Below, piece after piece: positions 9,217 through 19,145 of a DNA stretch of 64,000 bases. Source of the stretch: Bacillales bacterium UBA4278 (GTDB lineage Bacteria; Bacillota_I; Bacilli_A; RFN20; CAG-826); NCBI GenBank assembly GCA_002395065.1, contig DGVS01000001.1:41841-105840 (forward strand). Direction: 5' to 3'. A program made the translations under genes and the position numbers. Within the stretch, counting starts at the first letter, position 1. Each line of letters opens with the position of its first letter. Below the pieces are notes generated by a model. The model saw only the letters and a program-made list of their open reading frames with translations, searched no databases and was not told the DNA's origin.

Positions 9217-9827
9217 CATACATCAGTTAGGATTCTTTCAAATTCCTGCTTAAATGAATTAAACTCTTCGACAAACCCTTTATTTATATAAAAAGTGAGA
9301 ATTTGTTCTTTCGATTCGTTGATCAGACAATAAATATATTGAATTTCAAAATGAATGTTTTCCATTCTCGGGAAATACCAGATTGGTTGAAATTCAGCAT
9401 ACTCAGAATAATTGTTGTCAAGTTCTTTTGCTAAAACCCAAGAAAAATTTTTATCGCTGATTAAGTTTGTAGGCAAAGAGAAATAAAGTAGGACTCCTTT
9501 ACCAATCAATACCGACATTTCGCGTTGAGTTAAAATATGTTTTTTTTGAGAAATTCCGCCAGTAACATACCGACATGTGACATCCCAGCCAGAAATGTAA
9601 TAACTAAATGGGCCAATCTCGGGACAAACTTTCTCAATATCTACAGTTAGACGGTCACCAGAAAAAACGTATTTGTTTTGATAAGACCAAGCACCAACCA
9701 TCGCCGAATAAGAATCATAATTGATTGTATTTTTATATAAGCCACCAATTTTATTGTTTTTCTTCGCACAACTCGGTAAACAAAAACTAAGAAAAATGGT
9801 CAAAAAGCCAATTAATGAACGTTTCAT
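9216..9827 (-). CDS. lipoprotein of unknown function
   Basis: Likely start is MKRSLIGFLTIFLSFCLPSC (lipobox LPSC) at 9827. No recognisable domain. Confidence 0.6.
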   Translation of the reverse strand: MKRSLIGFLTIFLSFCLPSCAKKNNKIGGLYKNTINYDSYSAMVGAWSYQNKYVFSGDRLTVDIEKVCPEIGPFSYYISGWDVTCRYVTGGISQKKHILTQREMSVLIGKGVLLYFSLPTNLISDKNFSWVLAKELDNNYSEYAEFQPIWYFPRMENIHFEIQYIYCLINESKEQILTFYINKGFVEEFNSFKQEFERILTDV

Positions 9828-9888
9828 TGCATCTTTATGATAAGTCATAAAAGACTGTTTGAGCAATATTACTTTTTTCTTTTATTTT

Positions 9889-10581
9889 TTAGAAGTCTGG
9901 AATATTCGGTTCTTGAGTAGAAACCTTGTATCTAAAATCAATTGTTGTAACGGAGTAGTCATCTTTATCAACGACGTTATAAATTAAGGAATCTTGGAAC
10001 TCATAACTTTTGTAGCGAATTACTTTTCCTTCATTTCCGTAACGTTCGATTTTATGGATTAATGAACCACTGTTTTTGGAACGAAGATCAATTTTTGTTT
10101 GATCCGTTTTACTTTTGATTTCGTTTTTGATTCGAACAAGATAAAGGGAGTTGGTTTTTCTTACTTCCTCAAAAGCATCTTTGATTCTTTCTTCCCACAC
10201 TTCTTTTTCAAAAGTGTAAGCGTGAAAACTTTTTCCTTTAGGGTTATCTTCAGCATCTTCAGTGGTCACATCGTAAATCATTTTGTCTTTAATGAATGAC
10301 CATGTTTCCACTGCTGTACTATTAGCGACATTTTTTAAATCTTGATAGATGTTATAAGAATGGAAAAAGTTATCTTCAAAAAAGACTTGGGTTAAACTTA
10401 CAGAACGAGAAGTACTTGTTTCATAAACAGCTTTTCTTTCATAGAAAGAGAACGATGTTTTCTGTTCTAATTTTGTTTCGAATTCATTAATCATTCTTAA
10501 GGCTTGGTCGGTTGAAATTCGTGCGCCAGAGCAAGAGCACAAGAAAGGAATGATTAGAAGTAAACCAAGACCTTTTTTCAT
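9889..10581 (-). CDS. lipoprotein of unknown function
   Basis: MKKGLGLLLIIPFLCSCSG is a signal peptide with a lipobox. No recognisable domain. Confidence 0.6.
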   Translation of the reverse strand: MKKGLGLLLIIPFLCSCSGARISTDQALRMINEFETKLEQKTSFSFYERKAVYETSTSRSVSLTQVFFEDNFFHSYNIYQDLKNVANSTAVETWSFIKDKMIYDVTTEDAEDNPKGKSFHAYTFEKEVWEERIKDAFEEVRKTNSLYLVRIKNEIKSKTDQTKIDLRSKNSGSLIHKIERYGNEGKVIRYKSYEFQDSLIYNVVDKDDYSVTTIDFRYKVSTQEPNIPDF

Positions 10582-10582
10582 G

Positions 10583-11836
10583 TTATTTTAAATCAACTAA
10601 GTAGTAGTTTTTCTTACCGCGTTTTAAGACAATGTATTGTCCAAAAAGCGCATCATTTTTCGTGAAAACCCTGGCAATATCCGTACATTTTTCTCCGTTA
10701 ATTGAAACTGAGTTTCCATTAATGAATTCACGAGCTTCGCGTTTAGAGTTAGCGGCATGAGTGGCGATTAAGAGGTCTTCAAAAACTAAACCACTCTCCA
10801 CTTCTACACGAAGATCACCAAAGAGTTCTTCAATATTTTCTTTTGTTAGTTCTTTAATGGAACCAGAGAATAAAGCCTCACTCATCTTACGACATTCTTC
10901 GGCTTTTTCTTTACCATGAACTAAACAAATAATTTCATAAGCTAAAGCTTTTTGGGCGACACGGACTCCTAATGCTTGGTAATGTTCTTCAATAATTTTG
11001 TTAATTTCTTCAACAGATTTAAAGGAGAATACTTTTAAGTATCGAGCAGCATCATCGTCGGAAACATTGATGAAGTATTGATAAATCTTATATGGCGAAA
11101 CAAGTTTCGCATCAAGGTAGAGAGCACCATCTTCGGATTTCCCGAATTTTTTACCATTTTCATCTAATAAAAGTGGAACAGTAAAGCACCCTGCTTTAGT
11201 ATCAGCACCTTCAACCTTACGGATTAATTCTAATCCGGCAGTTAAGTTTCCCCATTGGTCTCCACCACCAATTTGAATAGTAACACCTTCTTTTTGATAT
11301 AAATGTAAGAAGTCAATTGATTGAAGAATCATGTAGGAGAATTCGGTGAAAGAGACACCACTTTGTAAGCGTGACGCCACGATATCTTTTGATAACATGT
11401 AGTTTACTGGGAAGTGTTTTCCATAGTCTCTAAGGAAATCTAAAACAGACATTGATCCGATCCAGTCGTAGTTATTTACGATTTGACCTTTTTCAGGATC
11501 GCTTAAATCGATAAATCTTTCGAGTTGTTTACGGATGGAATCTGTATTCGTTTTTAAAGCTTCTTTGGTTTGGAGATTTCTTTCTTTGGATTTACCACTT
11601 GGATCTCCAATCATGCCTGTTGCTCCACCAACAACAGCGACAATTTTATGTCCAGCTTGTTGGAGTCTCATGAGCATTGAAATCATAACAAAGTTACCAA
11701 TGTGCATCGAAGATGCAGATGGGTCAAAACCACAGTAGATGGTTTGTTTTGTATTAAGCAATTCGCGAACTTCTTCCTCGTTAGAGAAATCTTTAATTAA
11801 TCCGCGCCATTTTAGTTCTTCAACAATATTCTTCAT
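10583..11836 (-). CDS. tyrS: tyrosyl-tRNA synthetase
   Basis: HIGN (HIGH) and KFGKS (KMSKS) motifs, C-terminal S4-like domain, 417 aa. Confidence 0.95.
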   Translation of the reverse strand: MKNIVEELKWRGLIKDFSNEEEVRELLNTKQTIYCGFDPSASSMHIGNFVMISMLMRLQQAGHKIVAVVGGATGMIGDPSGKSKERNLQTKEALKTNTDSIRKQLERFIDLSDPEKGQIVNNYDWIGSMSVLDFLRDYGKHFPVNYMLSKDIVASRLQSGVSFTEFSYMILQSIDFLHLYQKEGVTIQIGGGDQWGNLTAGLELIRKVEGADTKAGCFTVPLLLDENGKKFGKSEDGALYLDAKLVSPYKIYQYFINVSDDDAARYLKVFSFKSVEEINKIIEEHYQALGVRVAQKALAYEIICLVHGKEKAEECRKMSEALFSGSIKELTKENIEELFGDLRVEVESGLVFEDLLIATHAANSKREAREFINGNSVSINGEKCTDIARVFTKNDALFGQYIVLKRGKKNYYLVDLK

Positions 11837-11838
11837 TT

Positions 11839-12849
11839 TTATTCCTCAGTTGATTGACGTTTCTTGTATTCCGGTTCAATGCGGTAGACTTTGTTCTCTA
11901 AGGCATTTTTGCTTAGATCAACAAGCATATACATCGCTCGACGTCCAACGTCTTGCATGTTAATATTCATCGTCGACAAAGTCGGTCGAGTAATATTAGC
12001 ATATTTTGTTCCAATAATCGAGAGAACTTCAACATCTTCTGGAACTTTTAGTCCAGAATCTGTTGCGGCATTTGTAATTGCAGCAGCAATCGAGTCACGA
12101 TAAGCCACCACATATGACTTCTGATGTCGTTCAGTTTTAAAGTAGCCTAAGAAGTCGTTATACGTTCTCGTATAAGAGTCATCAACATTGAGGATACGAT
12201 ACTCTTGTTTTTCTTCATCGCAAACCTTTATAAAGGTTTTTTCAGTTCTTTCAAGGAGTCGACCACAGTTGTGGACATGGAGGAAGACTAAGCGCTTTTT
12301 GCCTTTGTTTCGTTCAATTGCTTCGTTCAAAACGTCTTTGAAATTGCGTTCCATTGCAAAGACAATGCAACCAACTCTTTCGCCTTCAACTTTGTTATTA
12401 ATAACAATTGTTGGAACGTAGTAGGAATTTAATTTAGCGATGTCGTTTTCATCAAGTTCATCGTCAAAGATGATTGCTCCATCAACGTGAGAAGTAATAA
12501 CTTTATCAAGTTGTTTTAAGGCGTCTTCACGAGAGTGGGAAGTGATGAAAAGCGAAAGGTTAAATCCTTTTTCTTTAGCAACTTCGGTAATTCCGTTTAA
12601 AACGGAAGAAATGTAAACGTAGTTAGCACTTGGAATAACAACACCAATTGTTGTGGATTTGTTTGTTGCAAGAGCCTGAGCTAAACCAGAAGGTTTGTAA
12701 CCAAGTCGAGCAATGGTTTTTTGAACTTTTTGTTTGGTTTCTTCAGTCACGTTTCCTTGGTTATTAATGACTCGGGAAACAGTCGCTAATGAAACTCCAC
12801 TTGCTTTAGCAACTTCATATATGGTGACTCTGTCTTTCAAATTTTCCAT
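11839..12849 (-). CDS. ccpA: LacI-family regulator, CcpA-like
   Basis: N-terminal HTH TIYEVAKASGVSLATVSRVINN plus a periplasmic-binding-protein fold. Located next to tyrS as in Bacillus. The CcpA orthology is inferred. Confidence 0.7.
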   Translation of the reverse strand: MENLKDRVTIYEVAKASGVSLATVSRVINNQGNVTEETKQKVQKTIARLGYKPSGLAQALATNKSTTIGVVIPSANYVYISSVLNGITEVAKEKGFNLSLFITSHSREDALKQLDKVITSHVDGAIIFDDELDENDIAKLNSYYVPTIVINNKVEGERVGCIVFAMERNFKDVLNEAIERNKGKKRLVFLHVHNCGRLLERTEKTFIKVCDEEKQEYRILNVDDSYTRTYNDFLGYFKTERHQKSYVVAYRDSIAAAITNAATDSGLKVPEDVEVLSIIGTKYANITRPTLSTMNINMQDVGRRAMYMLVDLSKNALENKVYRIEPEYKKRQSTEE

Positions 12850-12850
12850 G

Positions 12851-12913
12851 AAAAAACTTCCTCTTTAATGTAAGTTCATTATAAATGAAACAATTTACAT
12901 TTATCAAGGAAGT
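12851..12913 (-). terminator. composite hairpin (two nested 7-bp arm pairs + U-run) ending the pncB string and enclosing the ccpA promoter
   Basis: Minus-strand RNA reads ACUUCCU-ugaua-AAUGUAA-(21 nt)-UUACAUU-aaag-AGGAAGU-UUUUUC-AUG. Outer arms are 12856-62 / 12907-13 and inner arms are 12867-73 / 12895-901. Confidence 0.45.
12878..12907 (-). promoter_or_regulatory. ccpA-like gene promoter
   Basis: On the minus strand: TTGATA (12907..12902), 18-nt spacer, TATAAT (12883..12878). SD AAGAGGA lies downstream. Confidence 0.55.
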
Positions 12914-12920
12914 ATTTTCA

Positions 12921-14021
12921 TTAATAGATTGGATAAGAAACTTTTTTAAGTCTAGTTGAAGGAATATTTTTCCTTCCTTCTTTAGCCTCTGGCTTACCAT
13001 CTAGCTCAACTAGATCACCGGTAAATCCACAGGTCATATTGTTCACAAATGAGGTGCCGACACCATAGGTGTCTACTGGGACTCCAAGTTTCACCCATTC
13101 ACGAATTTTATCTTTATTAAAACTAGAAGAAACAATAATCTTCACCCAGTTAAATCCTTCATCATCAAGGGCTTTTCTTAAAGCAAAGATTAATTCTTTA
13201 CAAACTCCATGAGGATCGAATCCCGAAGTATCTTTGTCATCAAAGTAGTGATCAACAAGAGCTTTAGATGTATCAACGCGAACAGCGCGTAAAGTTTTAC
13301 CAAGGTGTCGAGCAAGCATAAGCGAGTCATGAACGACATTATTGTGATAATCGATTAAAGCTGTAACTTGTTCATTTGGATAAGTTTTGTGATAATTGTC
13401 GCTAGCCTTACAAATATCTCCACCGCAAAGTTCGATTAAGGCATGAGGCATTGTTCCAACACCTTTTCCACCCCACCAATAACCTTGGGCATCAGTTGAG
13501 ACTTTGCGAATTCCAGCAACATAGGATGCATAGCCATCACCGATTTGAGTGCGGTAATCATCTTGGCGATCAGCCATCGAGAATATATCAGTTCCATTGA
13601 GTTCTTTCATCACCCAATAAACGTTTGTACAGACACTTGTTCGACGAGCAAGAATTCCATCAATCATTGACTCTAAAAAACCGAAGTCTTCATATCGTCC
13701 AGTTACCTTTAAAACTGGTTCGTTTGCTTGAATAATATCTCCATCATTTAAGGCATAAATATCCAGGTTTTGCGGTGATTTTGCAAAAGTATGGAGCAAA
13801 GCAATCGCTTCATCAACACCACATAATTTGGCATCATTAGTGCGTTGGAAAAACTGCATTGTAACCTTGTGATTTGGAGCAAATTTTTCGACGATTTCGC
13901 GAGACTTTAAAAAGTAGTTTGCCGCATAAAATCCTTCACCTAATTTTGGATCAAATTGGAAAGTTTTATTTGTTAATCGAGAAATCTTTCCTTGCTCTTT
14001 TAATGTAACTTCTAGTTCCAT
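12921..14021 (-). CDS. pncB: nicotinate phosphoribosyltransferase-family protein
   Basis: 366 aa type II PRTase fold with GTMPHALIE and SSSFN-type segments resembling short NAPRTases. Confidence 0.65.
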   Translation of the reverse strand: MELEVTLKEQGKISRLTNKTFQFDPKLGEGFYAANYFLKSREIVEKFAPNHKVTMQFFQRTNDAKLCGVDEAIALLHTFAKSPQNLDIYALNDGDIIQANEPVLKVTGRYEDFGFLESMIDGILARRTSVCTNVYWVMKELNGTDIFSMADRQDDYRTQIGDGYASYVAGIRKVSTDAQGYWWGGKGVGTMPHALIELCGGDICKASDNYHKTYPNEQVTALIDYHNNVVHDSLMLARHLGKTLRAVRVDTSKALVDHYFDDKDTSGFDPHGVCKELIFALRKALDDEGFNWVKIIVSSSFNKDKIREWVKLGVPVDTYGVGTSFVNNMTCGFTGDLVELDGKPEAKEGRKNIPSTRLKKVSYPIY

Positions 14022-14023
14022 AG

Positions 14024-14641
14024 TTACTCCTTTTTTAAAACGATTCGATGAATCTTTTGACCAAGACCACGAAACTTACTTTCGTATCCAGTCATCGCAT
14101 CGTTTTCTTCATCAAAAATATAATCTTTTTCACTCAAAACTAATTTGAATTTTGTAAGAGGAATTTCCTCTAAAGTAAACTCAAATAGTGAATCGTTATC
14201 AGATTTAAAATAGACACATCCACCAGGTTTAAGCATACGATAATATTGCTCTAAAAATGTATGGAATGTGAGCCTTCTTTTGGCGTGTTTTTTCTTTGGC
14301 CAAGGATCAACAAAGTTCAGAAAAATCGCATCCACTGAATTTTCTGGAGTTTGTTCAAAAACAACCTCACCATCATATGGAAAAACACGGACATTTGTTA
14401 CTTCATTTTCTTGAAGTCTTTTAGCCATAATTCCGGCAATGGTTTGTGCTCTTTCAACAGCAAGAAAATGACAATCTTTATGCTTTAAAGCATAATCTGT
14501 TATAAATTCCCCTTTTCCAGAGCCAATTTCGTAATAAATTTTATCTTTAAAAAATGGGTCGTTAAAATCGATCTTATCAATGACAATTTCAGGATGTTCT
14601 TTTAAGTAATCAACAGCCCATTGTTTAAAGCGAATTCTCAT
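14024..14641 (-). CDS. trmB: tRNA (guanine46-N7)-methyltransferase
   Basis: EIGSGKGEF SAM motif and DPWPKKKHAKRR signature. Confidence 0.9.
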   Translation of the reverse strand: MRIRFKQWAVDYLKEHPEIVIDKIDFNDPFFKDKIYYEIGSGKGEFITDYALKHKDCHFLAVERAQTIAGIMAKRLQENEVTNVRVFPYDGEVVFEQTPENSVDAIFLNFVDPWPKKKHAKRRLTFHTFLEQYYRMLKPGGCVYFKSDNDSLFEFTLEEIPLTKFKLVLSEKDYIFDEENDAMTGYESKFRGLGQKIHRIVLKKE

Positions 14642-15975
14642 AATTTTTTACCAAGTAAATCAATCGCTCGAGCATAAATAATTGCTGAGAGATAGAAGTC
14701 TTCTAATGGCATTAGTTCATCAGGTTCGTGCATGGTTGATGTACGTCCTGGGAAAAGCGCACCAAAAGCAATTGTATTTGGAGCGTGTTTGGCATATGTT
14801 CCACCACCAGTTGTTAATGGAGCAGTTTTATCTTTAGTTTCTTTTCGATATGCCTTAAGAAGAGTTTTCACTAATGTTGATTTTGGATCATATAAAAGAA
14901 GTGGAGATGGTTCTCTAGCTTCAGATTTAGTAGCAAAGAACTCATCAAACTTCTTCATAATTTCAGTTAGGTTAGTTGTTTCTCCATAACGGAAATTAAC
15001 GGTAAAACTAAGCTTTTCTTTCTCATAGTTAACCATTCCAACACAATATGTTGAATCACCAAGAAGTTTAGAGTGGGTATAACAACAAAATTTTTTACCA
15101 GATGTATCGCTTAAGTTATCACCAATTTTGGATAAACTTTCTACTTTGTAGAAATCGCCTAAGGCTGATAAGCAAATTAAAGCAGCATTTACACCAAGTT
15201 GTGGAGTTGAACCATGGCAGGATTGTCCTTCGAAGATTAGTAGTTTACCTTCATCCTTGAAGTTAATGTTCTTTTCTTTGAGATAATTAATGAAGTCTTC
15301 ATCGCGTTTCATTTCCACTTCAACATGGTCACAAACAGCGTTAGTAGCAACGCCACCTTTAATAGACTTCACATTTGGGATTTTCACCGCAATTTCTGGA
15401 TAAAAGTCGACAATTTCCTTTTCTCCATAAATAAGTGGGAAATCAGAATCTGGGGTAAATCCGTAATCTGGTCCTTCCTTTTTTAAAGTATCAAAATAGT
15501 ACTCTAAACAGGATGAGCCACGTTCTTCATCACCACCAACAACAATACGAACTTTGTAATTTTTGATTAAGCCTTCTTCATATAAAGCTTTTGTAGCATA
15601 TAAAGCAGAAATAAGTGGTCCTTTATCATCGCTTGAGCCACGAGCATAAATATTTCCATCACGAACAACTGGTTCAAATGGATCGTTTGTCCACTTTCCA
15701 GATGCCGGAACAACATCAGCGTGAGCAAAGATACCAATCATCTTCTCTCCACTACCAATTGTTAATTCCGTGGCATAGCCATCACAATATTCAACAGAGA
15801 AACCGAGTTTACGGCCTAATTCGCCAATAAAATGGAGTGCATTATCAACGTTTTCTCCAAATGGTTTTTCTTTGGTTTTTGTTGATTCATCGTAAACTGA
15901 AGGAATCTTACAAAACTCTTTAAGAGTTTCGAGCATTTCATCATTATATTTTTCTAATAGTTTCTTGTAATTCAT
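14638..15975 (-). CDS. pepV: M20-family dipeptidase (PepV/Sapep-like)
   Basis: HADVVP, ARGSSDDKGP and GGDEERGS metal-site motifs, 445 aa. Confidence 0.85.
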   Translation of the reverse strand: MNYKKLLEKYNDEMLETLKEFCKIPSVYDESTKTKEKPFGENVDNALHFIGELGRKLGFSVEYCDGYATELTIGSGEKMIGIFAHADVVPASGKWTNDPFEPVVRDGNIYARGSSDDKGPLISALYATKALYEEGLIKNYKVRIVVGGDEERGSSCLEYYFDTLKKEGPDYGFTPDSDFPLIYGEKEIVDFYPEIAVKIPNVKSIKGGVATNAVCDHVEVEMKRDEDFINYLKEKNINFKDEGKLLIFEGQSCHGSTPQLGVNAALICLSALGDFYKVESLSKIGDNLSDTSGKKFCCYTHSKLLGDSTYCVGMVNYEKEKLSFTVNFRYGETTNLTEIMKKFDEFFATKSEAREPSPLLLYDPKSTLVKTLLKAYRKETKDKTAPLTTGGGTYAKHAPNTIAFGALFPGRTSTMHEPDELMPLEDFYLSAIIYARAIDLLGKKL

Positions 15976-15977
15976 AA

Positions 15978-16742
15978 CTAGATTCCTTTCTTTAAGATGA
16001 GGCGAATTTTATTCATTCCTTTAACTGTTAACAAAGGATCATAAATTGTTTCACCGATATCTTCTTTAATAACCTCGGAATATCCACCAGTCACAACAGT
16101 TTTAACACTTGGATATTTTTCTTTTGCAACATCAATAAAATGTTTTAATGATGCCACTGTTGAATAGTAGACACCCGATTTCATGCATTCGATCGTGTTT
16201 CTACCAATTGCTTCTTGCGGTTTTTCAATTCTTAGTTTTGGAAGAAGTTCGGTTTGTTTAGTCATTGATTTTAAAGATGCATCCATTCCTGGCATGAATG
16301 AACAACCAACAAGTTCTTTCTTTTCACCAATGAAAATAAACTTTGTGACTGTTCCTAAATCAGCAATCAGAATTGGAGCGCCATAAAAATGTTCAGCACC
16401 ACAAATATCGGCTAATAAGTCAGAACCGATTTCGTTTGGAACACCTTCTGGAAGCTTTTTGGCATCTTTAATATCAAAGATATTTGTTTTTAGTTTAAAG
16501 ACCGATAAAACAAATTTTTGAATAGTTTTGTTTAGACTTGGGACAACACTAAAAAGAATAGCATCTTCAAAATCTGATGCTTGAAGTTTGTTTTCTTTCA
16601 GCATTTCAATTAATGTTGTTTTTGTTTTCAAAAACGATTTGTCATCAATAACGATTTTTGTTTGACAAATAAATTTTTCACCAGCAAAAACAGCATATTT
16701 TACGCTTGTATTGCCTAAATCAATAACTAACGAATGTTTCAT
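15978..16742 (-). CDS. coaX: type III pantothenate kinase
   Basis: LVIDLGNTSVKYAVF phosphate-1 motif, ASKHA fold, 254 aa. Confidence 0.85.
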   Translation of the reverse strand: MKHSLVIDLGNTSVKYAVFAGEKFICQTKIVIDDKSFLKTKTTLIEMLKENKLQASDFEDAILFSVVPSLNKTIQKFVLSVFKLKTNIFDIKDAKKLPEGVPNEIGSDLLADICGAEHFYGAPILIADLGTVTKFIFIGEKKELVGCSFMPGMDASLKSMTKQTELLPKLRIEKPQEAIGRNTIECMKSGVYYSTVASLKHFIDVAKEKYPSVKTVVTGGYSEVIKEDIGETIYDPLLTVKGMNKIRLILKKGI

Positions 16743-19145
16743 TTAAATAGCAACAATGTTGACAATTTTTCCTTTGACAATAATGACTTTTTTGATTTCT
16801 TTACCTTCGATTTGACGTTTAACGTTATCTAGAGCAAAGCATTTTTCTTTTAATTCATCGTCAGAAATTTCTTTATCAACTTCGATTGTGTCACGAAGCT
16901 TTCCATTAACTGAGACCGCCATCTTTACTGTATTAAGAACGAGTTTAGAAGCATCGTAAGTTGGGAAGCGTTCGTAATCGATCAATTCTTTTCCTGTTAA
17001 CTCTTGATAGAGTTCTTCACTCACAAATGGACAGACACAGGAGAACATCTTTAAGAAATTAACCATGTAAGGTTTATAGATAGAATTTGCTTTATAAACT
17101 GCGTTAATGAAAATCATCATTTGTGCAATCGCGGTATTAATCTGTAATTTCTCAAAGTCTTCAGTGACTTTCTTGACTGTTGCATTATATGCAAAGTCGA
17201 GTTCTTTGGAGTTTTCATCGCTAAAGCGATTAACAAATTCTGGATCAGTATATAGACGATAGACACGTTCGATAAATCGACGTGCACCAGCTAATCCTGT
17301 TGTTGACCAAAGGAATCCTTCTTCAAGAGGTCCAGCAAACATTTCGAATAAACGAAGTGCATCGGCACCGTATTCTTCAACCACGTCATCTGGGTTAACA
17401 ACGTTGCCTCTTGATTTAGACATCTTTTCACCGTTTTCACCTAAGATCATTCCTTGATGGAATAGCTTCTTATAAGGTTCACTACAGTAAACAACGCCTT
17501 CATCATAAAGGAACTTGTGCCAGAAACGAGAATAAAGGAGGTGAAGAACAGCGTGCTCGGCACCACCAATATAAAGGTCAACTGGTAACCAGTGTTTAAT
17601 TAACGCTGGATCAGCAATGGCGTGATCATTCTTTGGATCAATATAGCGAATGTAATACCAACAAGATCCTGCCCATTGTGGCATGGTGTTAGTTTCACGT
17701 TTCGCTTTCTTTCCATTAATCACAACATTAACCCAATCTTTAGCATTCGCTAAAGGAGATTGACCATCACCGCTAGGAGCATAGACTTCTAATTCTGGTA
17801 ATGTAAGTGGAAGATCTTTTTCCGAGAGAGCCTCAATTGTGCCATCTTCATAAGTGACAACTGGAATTGGTTCTCCCCAGTAACGTTGACGGGAGAAAAT
17901 CCAGTCACGTAATTTGTAATTAACTTTCTTATGGCCAGCACCCATCTCTTCAAGTTTCTTGATGATGGCTTCCTTGGCCTCTTCAATATTTAATCCATTC
18001 GCAAAGTCGGAATTGATGTGTTTGGCATCATCTTCCATAGCATGTTCAGAAATATCTCCTTCAAGAACTTGAATCATTTCTAAGCCATGTTTCTTCGCGA
18101 ATTCGTAGTCTCTTTGGTCGTGAGCAGGAACAGCCATGACGGCGCCACTACCATAACCATAAAGGACATAGTCAGCTGCATAAATTGGAACTTCTTTACC
18201 ATTGATTGGGTTAATAGCATAAGCACCAATAAAGACACCTGTTTTATCTTTATTAAGTTCCGTTCTTTCCATATCAGATTTGGACTTGACTTCTTCAAGA
18301 TAACCAAGAATTGCTGGTAAATTTTCAGGTTTTGCAAGCTTTTTAACAAGTGGATGTTCTGGAGCTAAACAGCAATAGGTACATCCAAAAAGAGTGTCGG
18401 CACGTGTTGTAAAAACAACAAATGATTCATCACTATCTTTGACTTTAAAGGTGATTTCTGCACCTAATGATTTACCAATCCAGTTCTTTTGCATAACAAG
18501 TGTGGATTTTGGCCAATCTAGACTAGATAAACCATCAATTAACTTGTCAGCATAATTTGTAATTCTAAGCACCCATTGACGCATTGGCATCTTAATAACT
18601 GGGTATCCACCACGTTCACTTTTACCATCAATAACTTCTTCGTTAGCTAAAACAGTGCCAAGTTCTGGGCAGAAGTTAACTGGAATATTTGCCACATAGG
18701 CTAAATCCTTTTCGAAGAGTTTAGTGAAAATCCATTGTGTCCATTTGTAGTAACTTGGATCACAAGTGGCGATTTCCTTGCTCCAGTCATAGGAGAATCC
18801 TAATGATTTAATTTGATGACGGAAATTATCAATATTCGCTTTCGTAAACGAATATGGGTGTTTATTGTTTTTAATCGCAAATTGTTCCGCAGGTAAACCA
18901 AATGCATCCCAACCCATTGGATGAAGGACATTAAAGCCCTGCATTCTTTTCATACGGCAAATGACGTCACTTGCGGTATAGCCTAATGGGTGACCAACAT
19001 GTAAACCTTGTCCAGATGGATATGGAAACATATCCAAGCAGTAGTATTTTGGCTTGCTAAAATCATAAACATCGCAGAAGAAAGGTTTCTTTTCTTCGTA
19101 AATGTTCATCCATTTTTGTTCAATTTTCTTGTGGTCGTAACTCAT
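16743..19145 (-). CDS. leuS: leucyl-tRNA synthetase
   Basis: HVGH (HIGH) and KMSKS motifs, CP1 editing domain, 800 aa. The start overlaps the glgA stop (ATGA). Confidence 0.95.
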   Translation of the reverse strand: MSYDHKKIEQKWMNIYEEKKPFFCDVYDFSKPKYYCLDMFPYPSGQGLHVGHPLGYTASDVICRMKRMQGFNVLHPMGWDAFGLPAEQFAIKNNKHPYSFTKANIDNFRHQIKSLGFSYDWSKEIATCDPSYYKWTQWIFTKLFEKDLAYVANIPVNFCPELGTVLANEEVIDGKSERGGYPVIKMPMRQWVLRITNYADKLIDGLSSLDWPKSTLVMQKNWIGKSLGAEITFKVKDSDESFVVFTTRADTLFGCTYCCLAPEHPLVKKLAKPENLPAILGYLEEVKSKSDMERTELNKDKTGVFIGAYAINPINGKEVPIYAADYVLYGYGSGAVMAVPAHDQRDYEFAKKHGLEMIQVLEGDISEHAMEDDAKHINSDFANGLNIEEAKEAIIKKLEEMGAGHKKVNYKLRDWIFSRQRYWGEPIPVVTYEDGTIEALSEKDLPLTLPELEVYAPSGDGQSPLANAKDWVNVVINGKKAKRETNTMPQWAGSCWYYIRYIDPKNDHAIADPALIKHWLPVDLYIGGAEHAVLHLLYSRFWHKFLYDEGVVYCSEPYKKLFHQGMILGENGEKMSKSRGNVVNPDDVVEEYGADALRLFEMFAGPLEEGFLWSTTGLAGARRFIERVYRLYTDPEFVNRFSDENSKELDFAYNATVKKVTEDFEKLQINTAIAQMMIFINAVYKANSIYKPYMVNFLKMFSCVCPFVSEELYQELTGKELIDYERFPTYDASKLVLNTVKMAVSVNGKLRDTIEVDKEISDDELKEKCFALDNVKRQIEGKEIKKVIIVKGKIVNIVAI
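18300..18325 (+). repeat. copy 2 of the repeat (inside leuS, antisense, different frame)
   Basis: ataaccaagaattgctggt-aaatttt, an 18/19 match. Confidence 0.8.

Noticed and set aside
17431-17446. Additional cre-like matches inside coding regions, for example TGAAAACGGTGAAA on the minus strand within leuS.
   Set aside because: It has a one-mismatch core but is deep inside an essential gene with no promoter context. This is expected by chance for a degenerate 14-mer.
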